64,000 bases of DNA, from assembly GCA_035457485.1 (NCBI GenBank), contig DATIBO010000006.1:626659-690658 (forward strand), in the 5' to 3' direction. Shown here piece after piece: positions 54,248 to 63,528 of the stretch. The notes under the pieces were generated by a model, which worked only from the letters and a program-made list of their open reading frames with translations, had not been told where the DNA came from and ran no database searches. The stretch's first letter is position 1, and every line of letters starts with the position of its first letter. The position numbers and the translations under genes were made by a program. Source of the stretch: Candidatus Saccharimonadales bacterium (GTDB taxonomy: Bacteria > Patescibacteriota > Saccharimonadia > Saccharimonadales > EFPC-124).

Positions 54248-54370
54248 ATTACCCCCTGTTTAAGCCTATTTTAACATAGTTAATAGAGCTTTCGCGTGAC
54301 TATAAAACTACACTTTACAATGATAGAATATGAATATTGAACATATGTTCAAAAACACAAGAAAGGTAAT

Positions 54371-54835
54371 ATGAAAAATACATCAACTAAATTTAATTTT
54401 GGTCGTGGCGCTTGGACATTCTTGGCTGCCTATATCGCAATAACAATTCTAGCCTTTGGACTGTACTTGATCTTAGCGGCTATTATGGGCGTGCCTACAT
54501 CCGATCCATTTGATATTCGCAATGACCCGGCCTACACATTGGCTGAAAAACTATATCCAATTCTTAACATTTTCGTTTGGGTTGGTTTTGCCTGGATTTA
54601 CTTTAAAAAAATTGTGAATCCAACAATCAAGCAAGCTTGGCAATTGGGGCTATTTTGGTTGGCAATTTCAGTACCACTAGACTTAATCTACTTCGTGCTG
54701 ATTCCAAACCCGCTCCAAGTTAGCGCGTACGGCTTTTACGTGGAACAATTCCCTTGGATTTACTTGACCTACATTGTGGTTGCAGGCTCACCTGCGCTTT
54801 ACGTTTGGCTCAAGCAAATCTGCTCTAAAAAATAG
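54371..54835 (+). CDS. Polytopic membrane protein, unknown function
   Basis: 154 aa, about 4 TM. Immediately upstream of tetR. Confidence 0.45.
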   Translation: MKNTSTKFNFGRGAWTFLAAYIAITILAFGLYLILAAIMGVPTSDPFDIRNDPAYTLAEKLYPILNIFVWVGFAWIYFKKIVNPTIKQAWQLGLFWLAISVPLDLIYFVLIPNPLQVSAYGFYVEQFPWIYLTYIVVAGSPALYVWLKQICSKK

Positions 54836-54837
54836 TG

Positions 54838-55392
54838 ATGAAGTCCGAACTAACTAAACAAAGAATAATTGAACACAGCCTAGAACTGTTTGTTAAAAAC
54901 GGATATGGAAGTACTACTATTCGCAGCTTGGCCAAAGAACTAAACATAAGTACTGGACTTTTGTTTCATTACTTTCCAAGCAAACAAGCACTGCTTGAAA
55001 CACATTTAAAAATTGCTATGGGCGGGCTCAGATCTGCACTAGAAATTCTGGAGCAAGAAAGTTCGCCAATTCAAGCTTTTGATTCTATTGCAAAATTAAC
55101 ACTCGAAGCTCTCGAAAAATCAATCCCACGAAATCTGTACGTCTTAATGAATCAGCCGATACGCAAAGAGTTTCTACCAAAGGACTTCATAAAAATCAGA
55201 CAGCAGCTTCTAACAAAAAGTGCTGATATGATTAAACTTGGCCAGGCAGATGGGCAGATCAAACAAGGCGATCCGTTAGAACTCGCTTTGATTTTTTGGG
55301 GAACAATTCAGGGTGCGGCTCAAATCTTGGCGTCGCAGCCTGAACTACCAGTTCCTAGTCGTGACTTGATAGTAAATATCTTAAAAGACTAG
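54838..55392 (+). CDS. TetR-family transcriptional regulator
   Basis: ..GYGSTTIRSLAKELNISTGLLFHYFPSKQAL.. HTH. Confidence 0.75.
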   Translation: MKSELTKQRIIEHSLELFVKNGYGSTTIRSLAKELNISTGLLFHYFPSKQALLETHLKIAMGGLRSALEILEQESSPIQAFDSIAKLTLEALEKSIPRNLYVLMNQPIRKEFLPKDFIKIRQQLLTKSADMIKLGQADGQIKQGDPLELALIFWGTIQGAAQILASQPELPVPSRDLIVNILKD

Positions 55393-55397
55393 CAATA

Positions 55398-56192
55398 TTA
55401 TTCTGTAACAAAACCGCCGCTCATGTTAATTGTTGTAGCGGTAATTGCTCGTGCGTTGTCAGACGCCAAAAAGGACACAGTTTCTGCAACTTCAGACAAA
55501 GTAGGCAAGTGGTTAACCAATGTACCTTGAGCCATTGAGTTCGCAAAAGCTTCGGGTGTCATTCCAGCCGAGTCAGCCATACCCTTAAACACTTCCTTAG
55601 TGTAAGAACCTGCCGCGATTGCATCGCTCATTGCGTGCGGACGAACACAAACCACGCGAATATTTTTTGGACCAAGTTCGGCCGCAAGAACACGCGTAAA
55701 CACTTCTTTGCCAGAGCTGGCAACTGCGTGACCTAAAATGCCCGCAAGCGCTAACTTGGAACCTGGTTCAGACATATTAATTATTACACCTTGCCGTTCG
55801 CCGCCCATGTGCGGAGCAGCAGCTTTACTGGTGTTAAATTGAGCTTTCAAAAAGCCGTCAACCGGACGAATAAACTCTTCCCAGCTTAGGTCTGCAAGTT
55901 GGGTGCCTTGATCATGCATAAGCCCAACTGCATTAAACATTATATCTATATGACCCGCTTTTTGAGCGATGCTTTTTGCGTGAACCGCAACCGCCTTTTC
56001 GTCTAAAACATCAACCACCGCAGTCTCGACTTTACCGCCCGCGGCAGTAATTTCACCTGCGACTTTATCTAGCTTCTCTTGACTATGATCTGCTAAAAAA
56101 ACTTGCGCACCTTCCCGTGCAAAAACTCGCGCAGCAGTGCTGCCAAGCGCGCCTGCGCCACCATATATAACTACAATTTTATCTTTGTGCAT
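55398..56192 (-). CDS. Short-chain dehydrogenase/reductase-family oxidoreductase
   Basis: Rossmann ..VVIYGGAGALGS.., ..NAVG.., ..IRVVCVRPHAM... Confidence 0.7.
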   Translation of the reverse strand: MHKDKIVVIYGGAGALGSTAARVFAREGAQVFLADHSQEKLDKVAGEITAAGGKVETAVVDVLDEKAVAVHAKSIAQKAGHIDIMFNAVGLMHDQGTQLADLSWEEFIRPVDGFLKAQFNTSKAAAPHMGGERQGVIINMSEPGSKLALAGILGHAVASSGKEVFTRVLAAELGPKNIRVVCVRPHAMSDAIAAGSYTKEVFKGMADSAGMTPEAFANSMAQGTLVNHLPTLSEVAETVSFLASDNARAITATTINMSGGFVTE

Positions 56193-56309
56193 CTTATCCC
56201 TCTTTACTACTTACAATTGCAGCATATATTACGCAAAAACAAAATGCAACTTTTTGGTTGCATATTTTTTATAAATGTAGTAATATAAGTTTAGGTAATA
56301 AAATTTAGG

Positions 56310-56753
56310 ATGAATATGAAGAACGAAATTGTTAAAGAAATTATTGTTAAAGCTAAGCGAGACAAAGTATACAACGCCATCGCAGATCCAAAACAAATCA
56401 TCAACTGGTTCCCAGACGCTGTAGAAGAAGCCGGATTTGAGCCAGGCGAGCGCCCGTTTTTGCGCTTTGGTGATTTTAAAACCCGGATTTACATTGAAGC
56501 CGCTAAACCTTTTGAGTATTTTGCATACCGTTGGGTTCCAGGTGGAGTGGCGGTAACTGGCGACGTTTTAAAACAGACCAACACTTTGGTAGAGTTTTTC
56601 ATTGATGAAACTACAGACGGCACGAAAGTTACATTAAAAGAATCCGGCTTTGCCAAATTGCCAGCCGAATCCGCAAAAGCTGCGCTCGATATGATGCAAG
56701 ATGGCTGGACGGGCATGATGGGCAAACTAGAAAACACCTTAAATCAAGGATAA
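56310..56753 (+). CDS. SRPBCC/AHSA1-domain protein
   Basis: 147 aa. ..WFPDAVE.. ..GWTGMMGKLE... Coupled to the downstream ArsR gene (1-nt overlap), a common pairing. Confidence 0.6.
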   Translation: MNMKNEIVKEIIVKAKRDKVYNAIADPKQIINWFPDAVEEAGFEPGERPFLRFGDFKTRIYIEAAKPFEYFAYRWVPGGVAVTGDVLKQTNTLVEFFIDETTDGTKVTLKESGFAKLPAESAKAALDMMQDGWTGMMGKLENTLNQG

Positions 56754-57067
56754 TGATGGTTGCCGCACAGGTATTTAATGCTTTGGGCGACCCGACCAGA
56801 CTCGAGATTGTTCAACGACTGTCGAATGGTACATCGTACACAATTACGTCAGTTTCCGAGGGACTTAAAATAAGTCGGCAAGCGATCCGCAAGCATCTGC
56901 AGGTTCTTGCCGACGCCAAGCTTATAAGGCTTAGCCACAAGGGTCGCGATACTCAAGTTGAACTCGAGAAGCAAACACTCGAACAAGCCGCTGCGTTTAT
57001 TGTGCAAATAGAGAAGCAGTGGGACGTACGACTAGACTCTCTACGCAATTATGTAGAGAAACAGTAA
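56753..57067 (+). CDS. ArsR/SmtB-family transcriptional regulator
   Basis: ..FNALGDPTRLEIVQRL.. ..ISRQAIRKHLQVL... Confidence 0.8.
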   Translation: MMVAAQVFNALGDPTRLEIVQRLSNGTSYTITSVSEGLKISRQAIRKHLQVLADAKLIRLSHKGRDTQVELEKQTLEQAAAFIVQIEKQWDVRLDSLRNYVEKQ

Positions 57068-57092
57068 ACGAGTCTGCGAGAACAACAAAACG

Positions 57093-57524
57093 TTAGCTAG
57101 AACTAGGTGGAGCTAGAGCTTTATCTAAAAGTCTTAAAAACTGTTCGCGTTCTTGAGCGGTCAAATTCGTCAAACCGCTCGGTTGCGCTAATGAAAGGTC
57201 ACGCAGAATTCGCTGCCGCAGAGTACGGCCTTTTGTAGTTACACTCAGCATTTTAATCCGCCTATCATTAGGATCATCTTTACGCTCCACTAACCCTTGA
57301 GCTTCGAGTCGATCGGCGATACCTGTAACATTAGAGGCGTCGCAAGACATTTGGCACGAAAGCACGTTCATGGGAATAGCGCTGTCAGCTGGCAACAAGC
57401 AAAGGGTTTGCATTTGAGCAGTAGTAAGACCATAGACACCCTCGCTAATACGCGCAAAATCATGACGTGCACGATTTGCTAGCTGTATTAAAAGCCAATA
57501 GATGTTGTCTTCGCCGTTATTCAT
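57093..57524 (-). CDS. MarR-family transcriptional regulator
   Basis: ..LTTAQMQTLCLL.. ..VTGIADRLEAQGLVERKDDPNDRRIKML... Confidence 0.8.
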   Translation of the reverse strand: MNNGEDNIYWLLIQLANRARHDFARISEGVYGLTTAQMQTLCLLPADSAIPMNVLSCQMSCDASNVTGIADRLEAQGLVERKDDPNDRRIKMLSVTTKGRTLRQRILRDLSLAQPSGLTNLTAQEREQFLRLLDKALAPPSSS

Positions 57525-57548
57525 GTCATTATTTTACTTCATAACCTA

Positions 57549-57583
57549 GATAGTTGACAACCTCAACTATCGACGTTTACAAT
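57549..57583. promoter_or_regulatory. Candidate MarR operator overlapping the MFS promoter
   Basis: GATAGTTGA caacc TCAACTATC (57549-57571), a perfect 9-bp inverted repeat. It contains TTGACA (57554-57559). TACAAT lies at 57578-57583. Confidence 0.5.
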
Positions 57584-57614
57584 AATCGTGATTACAAACT
57601 ATACGGGGACATAC

Positions 57615-59036
57615 ATGAAAGAAAAACCTAAGATGGTCTTACTACTACTTGCGTTGTCGCAGTTTTTAGTAGTTCTAGACAGTGCAATCATAAACGTAGC
57701 GCTGCCGGCAATAAAACAGGCGCTTAATTTTGACACTAGTTCGTTACAGTGGGTGATTACAGCCTACATTCTGACCTTTGGTGGCTTTTTGATGCTCGGC
57801 GGTCGAACTGCCGACTTATTTGGCCGCCGCAAAGTACTGGTAGGTGGAATGATCGGCTTTACAGCCTTATCCCTGCTACTCGGCTTAACTCAGGACTCAA
57901 CGACTCTAATTGTTCTGCGCGCTCTACAGGGTCTAACTGCAGCGTTTATGTCGCCGGCGGCCTTGTCGATCTTGCTGACAACTTTCGCCAAAGAAGAAGA
58001 GCGCAACAAAGCATTGAGCATTTGGAGCATAGTTGGATCGGGTGGCGCGGCAGTAGGCGTGTTTTTGGGCGGCCTAATCACACAAACCTTAGGCTGGGAA
58101 TGGTGCTTCTTTGTCAATGTTCCAGTTGGAATTATTACGATCTTGGGTATTTTAAAATATGTCCCAGTCGATCAAAAAGGCACAGCCAGCAAGCATTTGG
58201 ATTTACCAGGCGCAGTTTTAATTACGCTGGGTTTAATGACTTTGGTGTTTGGATTAACCCAGGCTCCAGAGTCAGGTTGGTTTAGCTCTGCCGTTATTAC
58301 TCCATTAGTTGCGAGCGCAGCAATGATAGCACTATTTATCTGGAACGAAACTCGCGCTAAACACCCTCTAATCCCACTGGCCATTTTTAAGCAGCGCAAC
58401 ATCACGGGCGCAAACCTGGTTATGCTGACTTTTGTAGCTGGCGGCCTTGGATTGTTCTTTTTTGCTTCGCTTTTTGTGCAGAACATTTTAAACTATTCGC
58501 CAATTTTAAGCGGTTTGTGCTTTTTGCCGATTCCTATATTAATTGGCGTTGTTTCGACTCATGCTCCAAAGCTAATCGGCCGATTTGGAATTAAACCCTT
58601 GTTAATTGTTGGGGCTGGCCTGGTTGCCCTTGCAATGTTTATTTTAAGCTTCTTAACTGCCGAATCTTCATACTGGCTACATTTACTACCAGCTTTCGTT
58701 CTTATGGGAGTAGGTATGGGCTTGTCGTTTGTGTCCATAACGATTTCGGCAACCGCAGGAGTTCCTCCTGAACAGGCTGGACTCGCATCAGGTTTGATTA
58801 ACACATCTAATCAGGTAGGCGCCGCCTTGGGCGTTGCGGTTTTGGCGGTTGTTGCGAGCGCCACGGCTAATGCAGGTTTAGCTGCTGGGCAAGCCCCAGT
58901 AATCGCCACGATGCACGGATACCAGCAAGCATTCTTTTGGGCCTCAATCTTTTTGATTATTGCTCTGATTATTGCTTCTCTGGTTATACAATCACCAAAG
59001 AATACAAAGTCTAGTGCGCCCATAAGCACTCACTAA
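57615..59036 (+). CDS. MFS transporter, DHA2 (EmrB/QacA, 14-TM) type
   Basis: ..LDSAIINVALPAI.., ..GGRTADLFGRRKV... ATG 57615 is preferred over GTG 57588. Confidence 0.8.
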   Translation: MKEKPKMVLLLLALSQFLVVLDSAIINVALPAIKQALNFDTSSLQWVITAYILTFGGFLMLGGRTADLFGRRKVLVGGMIGFTALSLLLGLTQDSTTLIVLRALQGLTAAFMSPAALSILLTTFAKEEERNKALSIWSIVGSGGAAVGVFLGGLITQTLGWEWCFFVNVPVGIITILGILKYVPVDQKGTASKHLDLPGAVLITLGLMTLVFGLTQAPESGWFSSAVITPLVASAAMIALFIWNETRAKHPLIPLAIFKQRNITGANLVMLTFVAGGLGLFFFASLFVQNILNYSPILSGLCFLPIPILIGVVSTHAPKLIGRFGIKPLLIVGAGLVALAMFILSFLTAESSYWLHLLPAFVLMGVGMGLSFVSITISATAGVPPEQAGLASGLINTSNQVGAALGVAVLAVVASATANAGLAAGQAPVIATMHGYQQAFFWASIFLIIALIIASLVIQSPKNTKSSAPISTH

Positions 59037-59096
59037 GCCGATAAGCGCCCTGACAAGGCGCTTATTTTTTAAAGCCTCATCTGCTAAAGTGGATCT

Positions 59097-59666
59097 ATGA
59101 GCAAAATTATTCTTGAAATTACAATGTCACTCGACGGATTCGTTGCTGGGCCAAGCATTAGCGCTGAACACCCATTAGGCAAAGGCGGCGAACGACTACA
59201 CGATTGGCTTTTTAGCGCCAAAACAGAAGTAGATGAAGCAGTACTTGCAACTATTCATAAAAATATGGGCGCGGTTGTAGTGGGCGGGAACACTTACGTG
59301 ACTGCGATCGATGACGCTTGGGGTGGCAAAACACCTTTTGAAATTCCCGCATTCGTAGCAACTAACAAACCGATTAACGAACAAAAAGATGGTTTTACCT
59401 ACGTTACTGATGGGCTTGAAGAAACTATTAAGCGGGCAGTAAAAGCTGCCAACGGCAAAGACGTTTGGGTTATGGGCGGCGGTGGAACAATCGCAGCCTG
59501 CATTGAAGGTGGCTGGTACGATGAATTTTATTTACACGTGGCGCCAGTTTTGTTAAAAAACGGTTTAAAGCTCTTTGATCACCTAAACGATCGGCAAGTA
59601 GATTTTAAAAATCTTGGGGTTAGCCAGAGTCCGCAGGCGACTCACATGGTTTTGGGTAAAATCTAG
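59097..59666 (+). CDS. Dihydrofolate-reductase-family protein (RibD_C type)
   Basis: ..ITMSLDGFVAGP.., ..VWVMGGGGTIAACI... Confidence 0.6.
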   Translation: MSKIILEITMSLDGFVAGPSISAEHPLGKGGERLHDWLFSAKTEVDEAVLATIHKNMGAVVVGGNTYVTAIDDAWGGKTPFEIPAFVATNKPINEQKDGFTYVTDGLEETIKRAVKAANGKDVWVMGGGGTIAACIEGGWYDEFYLHVAPVLLKNGLKLFDHLNDRQVDFKNLGVSQSPQATHMVLGKI

Positions 59667-59671
59667 CAAGC

Positions 59672-60070
59672 TTATTCGCTAGTTTTGCCGTCAAATTCTT
59701 CTTCGTTGGCTTCGGCAAGTGCTTTGGTTTGTCTTACTATTCCGTCTTTATGGTGTGGCGGTGAGTAAATCGTGTAAAGTTTAAGAGCGTTCGTGTCGGA
59801 GGTGTTTACAACATTATGTTTGGCGCCAGCTGGCACAATAACTGCAACACCGTCAGTGACATTGTACTCTGTGTCATCTATCATAACTTTGCCATCACCG
59901 GACTCAAACCTTAAGAACTGATCGTTGTCAGGGTGAACTTCGAAGCCGATTTCTTCGCTTGGACCCAAGCTCATAAGTACAAGCTGCATGTTTTTGCCTG
60001 TATATAAAACTCGACGAAAATCAGTGTTTTCTTGAGTTAGACTTTCAATATTTTGGGAAAATCCTTTCAT
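59672..60070 (-). CDS. Cupin-domain protein
   Basis: 132 aa. ..GFEVHPDNDQFLRFESGDG.. ..IVPAGAKHNV... Confidence 0.55.
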   Translation of the reverse strand: MKGFSQNIESLTQENTDFRRVLYTGKNMQLVLMSLGPSEEIGFEVHPDNDQFLRFESGDGKVMIDDTEYNVTDGVAVIVPAGAKHNVVNTSDTNALKLYTIYSPPHHKDGIVRQTKALAEANEEEFDGKTSE

Positions 60071-60105
60071 AAAGACTCCTTTGGATTATATTACAAATAC
60101 TGAAA

Positions 60106-60501
60106 CTACTGATTCACCACCATCCACAGATGACCGTCAAGATCTTTAAATTGGCCGGCGTAGCCCATAAACTGCTGACTCGGTTCAATTACAATCGTAG
60201 CGCCAGCTTTTTTAGCTTTTGCAATCATATCGTCAACGGTGGCCTTTTCATCCACCATAAAAGTTTGCATGACTTCGGACACACCGTTCGCTGCCACCTG
60301 ATTTCCATGGGTCACAAATGCAAATCCATCGCGCGGAACTAACATAAGAACTGTATTACTAGTCAATCTCAATTCAAGCGGCTCGGGAAGCTCGTTACTT
60401 TCTGGGTTGCGTGCCAACTTAAATCCTAGTGATTTATAAAACTCAAACGCCTTAGCGCGATCATCCGTGGGAAGAGCGACGATTAATTCTTTAATGCTCA
60501 T
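60106..60501 (-). CDS. VOC/glyoxalase-family protein
   Basis: 131 aa. beta-alpha-beta-beta-beta-type pattern ending ..DLDGHLWMVV... Confidence 0.55.
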   Translation of the reverse strand: MSIKELIVALPTDDRAKAFEFYKSLGFKLARNPESNELPEPLELRLTSNTVLMLVPRDGFAFVTHGNQVAANGVSEVMQTFMVDEKATVDDMIAKAKKAGATIVIEPSQQFMGYAGQFKDLDGHLWMVVNQ

Positions 60502-60520
60502 TATGTTCCTTTCGTTAACC

Positions 60521-61306
60521 TTATTTTAAACTGTTTGTTATCGCTAATGCTAGTGGCTTAGGGTTAACGTTGTGAGTTTGACCCAGCAAAGTTAAATACG
60601 CCGCTTGGGGTAAAATCTGCGCTAGTTTTTTTGCCGATTCACGCAAACTAACAGGGCTTTTACCGCCATCGATAACAGTTGTCGGAATATTAACCAGCCA
60701 ATCTTTTGTTGGCAAAACTCTATCCTTTACAATTTCAGCGTCATAGGCCAGAGTCGGAGCCAGCTTAACTACTTTTTTCCAAATTGGTGTTAATTTGATG
60801 ATCTTAACCATAAAGCTTGGCATCCCGGCAGTTTTCATAAATAAAGTAGCCGCCTCGGAGTATTGTCTCTTAGCTATATGCTTTTTAACATCTATAACAT
60901 AGCGCTTCCACTGATTTATTTCATCGCTTTGAGTACTGAATGGTGGCTCATAAACAACAAGTTTATTAACAGCAAGACCTGCAGCAATAGCTTTCATCGA
61001 CAAAAACCCGCCAGAAGACATTCCGTAAAGATATACTGGTTCACCGATCTTCGCAACAAGTGCTTTAAGATCGTCAATTTCACATTGCACCGAATAGGGC
61101 TCAGTATTGCCGCCGCCACTGTCACCACGGCCGCGCCTGTCATAGCAGTAAACCGTAAAATTTGAGGCTAGCAAAGCCGCTAACGGCGTACCGCATGAAC
61201 TTGTTTTTCGGTCACACAGCCCCCCGCCAACCAGAACAAGTGGCGAGCCCGACCCAACTTTTTCGTAGGCGATTTTTGTGCCATCTTTTGAGGTGACAAA
61301 ATTCAT
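60521..61306 (-). CDS. Alpha/beta hydrolase
   Basis: ..YLYGMSSGG.. nucleophile elbow, ..DRRGRGDS... Intact paralog of the pseudogene at 28458-29235. Confidence 0.7.
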   Translation of the reverse strand: MNFVTSKDGTKIAYEKVGSGSPLVLVGGGLCDRKTSSCGTPLAALLASNFTVYCYDRRGRGDSGGGNTEPYSVQCEIDDLKALVAKIGEPVYLYGMSSGGFLSMKAIAAGLAVNKLVVYEPPFSTQSDEINQWKRYVIDVKKHIAKRQYSEAATLFMKTAGMPSFMVKIIKLTPIWKKVVKLAPTLAYDAEIVKDRVLPTKDWLVNIPTTVIDGGKSPVSLRESAKKLAQILPQAAYLTLLGQTHNVNPKPLALAITNSLK

Positions 61307-61307
61307 A

Positions 61308-62768
61308 TTATTTCTCCTTGTTCTTATATATAAAATGTACTAGAACGGCGAGACCCGCAAATATCGCCGCTCCGATTGCAGCAACCGTGCTAAAACTTTT
61401 AGCAAAGGCGTTCTGAGCGGCAACTATAACATCATGCTGCGCGGAACTATTGATTATAGATATAGCATCCAGACCGGAGCCGCCCGGGACAGAAATTTGA
61501 TTGCTAAAAATCACTGCAGCTAAGCTACCTATAAGCGCCACACCAAGAGCCACACCCAGTTGGTTGCTCGTCTCTGAAATTGCCGCCGCCGAACCAGACT
61601 TCTCGGGGCTGACTGCGCTCAAAATGATGCCTGTGCCAAGAACTAGCGTCGGGGCAACACCTATCGTCGCTAGGACAAATCCAGCTATCGCCAAAGGAAA
61701 CCAACCAACAGGACTTATGAATATCAACATAAAGCCAAGCGCCGCGATTACCAAGCCGACTACTATTAAAGTCTCTTGCCTTATGCGTTGCGCCAAAATA
61801 GGAGTTATTATTGATGCAAAAAGCATTCCGACCGCTTGAGGCACTCCCCAGAGTCCCGTTATAAGGGGCGAGAAGCCCTGGACTAACTGCAAATACTGAT
61901 TCAAAAGAAGTGCAGTGCCACCCATAAGTACAGCGACTACAAGCATAACAAATACGACGGTACTAAATGTAAGGTTTTTAAATAGTGAAACGTCCAAAAG
62001 CGGGTGATCAATTATTTTTTGTCTGCGTACAAATGTAAAGCCAAAAATTATCCCAACAACTATCCCAAGAAGCGAGTACATTCCCAGTTCTTGAAAGGCG
62101 AGATTTTTTAAGCCAAAAACTAACGGCATGATTGTTAATAAGGAAAGCCCGACGCTAATAAGGTCTGTTGACTTACCTTTATGTGTCTTAAACTCAGGAA
62201 GTAAAAAAGGACCTGCAATTAGCAAAGTAATCATTGGTGGAATTGCCAATAAAAATACCGATCCCCAGTAAAATTTCTCAATAAAATAACCGCCCAGTAA
62301 CGGCCCTATGATCATGCCGACCATGAAGCAGCTCATCCATACCCCAATCGCCATCGAGCGCTGTTTTTTATCTGTAAATAAGTTACTAATTAGCGCTAAA
62401 GTCGATGGCATTAGCGTGGCGCCAGCGATTCCCATAAGCACCCTAGCGAAAATCAGCAATCCTACAGTGGGCGCAAAGGCTGCCAAGGCTGATGCCATTG
62501 CAAAAAACATAGCCCCAATCAGTAAAAGTTTGCGACGACCGATGCGATCACCCAGGTTGCCCATGGTAATAAGCAGACTGGCGAGCACGAAACCATAAAT
62601 GTCTACGATCCAAAGCTGTTCGATACCTGTAGCGTTCAAGTCTTTACTCAAATAGGGTAGTGCCAGGTAAGTGACACTTGTTTCGACAGCTAGCACCAAG
62701 GTAGGCAAAGCTAAGACAGCAAGCCCAAGCCACGTGCGCAAGTTATTTTCAGGCCGGTTTTTATCCAT
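61308..62768 (-). CDS. MFS transporter, DHA2 (14-TM) type
   Basis: ..VETSVTYLALPYL.., ..GNLGDRIGRRKLL... Confidence 0.8.
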   Translation of the reverse strand: MDKNRPENNLRTWLGLAVLALPTLVLAVETSVTYLALPYLSKDLNATGIEQLWIVDIYGFVLASLLITMGNLGDRIGRRKLLLIGAMFFAMASALAAFAPTVGLLIFARVLMGIAGATLMPSTLALISNLFTDKKQRSMAIGVWMSCFMVGMIIGPLLGGYFIEKFYWGSVFLLAIPPMITLLIAGPFLLPEFKTHKGKSTDLISVGLSLLTIMPLVFGLKNLAFQELGMYSLLGIVVGIIFGFTFVRRQKIIDHPLLDVSLFKNLTFSTVVFVMLVVAVLMGGTALLLNQYLQLVQGFSPLITGLWGVPQAVGMLFASIITPILAQRIRQETLIVVGLVIAALGFMLIFISPVGWFPLAIAGFVLATIGVAPTLVLGTGIILSAVSPEKSGSAAAISETSNQLGVALGVALIGSLAAVIFSNQISVPGGSGLDAISIINSSAQHDVIVAAQNAFAKSFSTVAAIGAAIFAGLAVLVHFIYKNKEK

Positions 62769-62785
62769 AGGGGCATACTAACATA

Positions 62786-62815
62786 CTTCCATAATGGAAG
62801 CAAATATGTTATACT
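62786..62815. promoter_or_regulatory. Palindrome plus extended -10 in the hxlR / MFS divergent region
   Basis: CTTCCATaATGGAAG (62786-62800). TGTTATACT (62807-62815) lies 6 nt before ATG 62822. Confidence 0.4.
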
Positions 62816-62821
62816 CAGAAC

Positions 62822-63253
62822 ATGAAACGATTGGATAGAAAATCTGACTGCGCAATCAACTACACACTCGAAGCCATCGGGGACCCTTGGTCGCTTCTAA
62901 TAGTGCGTGACATCGTTTATTTCGGCAAAAAAACATACGGCGAATTTTTAGCCTCAGAAGAAGCAATCGCAGAAGCACCTCTGGCTCGTCGTTTGGCGGC
63001 ATTGCAAGCCCACGGGATTCTGACAAAAAAACGCTCACAAACCGACAAGCGCAAAGAGGAGTACAGTTTAACTCAAAAAGGAATCGACCTAATTCCTTTA
63101 ATTATCGATTTTGCCATTTGGGGAGCAAAACACGACACGCATACTGGCGCTGATCAAGAATGGATTAACAAAAGTTCAACAAAACGCGAAGAAGCTTTGC
63201 AGGATTTACAGCTTGCCGTAAAAGACGGCCGCGCCTTTTTTAAAAATCAGTAA
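62822..63253 (+). CDS. HxlR-family transcriptional regulator
   Basis: ..CAINYTLEAIGDPWSLLIVRDI.. ..YSLTQKGIDLIPLI... Confidence 0.75.
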   Translation: MKRLDRKSDCAINYTLEAIGDPWSLLIVRDIVYFGKKTYGEFLASEEAIAEAPLARRLAALQAHGILTKKRSQTDKRKEEYSLTQKGIDLIPLIIDFAIWGAKHDTHTGADQEWINKSSTKREEALQDLQLAVKDGRAFFKNQ

Positions 63254-63276
63254 AAATTTTATGCTAAATTATTAAT

Positions 63277-63468
63277 ATGGTGAAACACCAGAAGGGAAAG
63301 GTGAGGGTTCAAAACGCTGGTCTACTCGATATGACCGGTGTGAGCCTCACCGAACTCGCTGCACTGGAGGAGCTCCCTCCGCAGCTGCGAGGCGCGGCGC
63401 AAAAGGCGATAGCCGATGTGGCTAACGCTAGCGAGGCGCTCTCGGCGTTCCAATCCTTCACGAGCTAA
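63277..63468 (+). CDS. GC-rich islet E small ORF (63 aa as listed; 55 aa from GTG 63301, 45 aa from ATG 63331)
   Basis: Ala/Leu/Glu-rich peptide with G/C-ending codons. The first 8 codons are AT-rich native leader. A 56-aa Arg-rich minus-strand ORF overlaps it and is judged a shadow. Confidence 0.35.
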   Translation: MVKHQKGKVRVQNAGLLDMTGVSLTELAALEELPPQLRGAAQKAIADVANASEALSAFQSFTS

Positions 63469-63497
63469 TCGCTCGCGACAACTGGTATCCATCTATA

Positions 63498-63528
63498 GGT
63501 GGGCTGCGCGGGAAACCTGCAGTCCACC
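63498..63528 (+). terminator. GC-rich hairpin after the islet-E ORF
   Basis: GGTGGGCTGC gcgggaaacct GCAGTCCACC (10 bp including one G-U). Confidence 0.45.

Noticed and set aside
57749-58285. A 178-aa alternative-frame ORF inside the DHA2 transporter. Similar internal or antisense ORFs include 23401-23802, 23685-24086, 61501-61839 and 7661-8041.
   Set aside because: They are fully nested in well-supported genes, have odd composition and lack start signals.
63331-63501. A 56-aa minus-strand ORF inside islet E (MDTSCRERLAREGLERRERL...), preceded by a TGCTATGGT box.
   Set aside because: It is an Arg-rich composition typical of an antisense shadow. The plus-strand frame has the higher G/C third-position bias and is followed by the hairpin in the correct orientation. 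The call remains uncertain.
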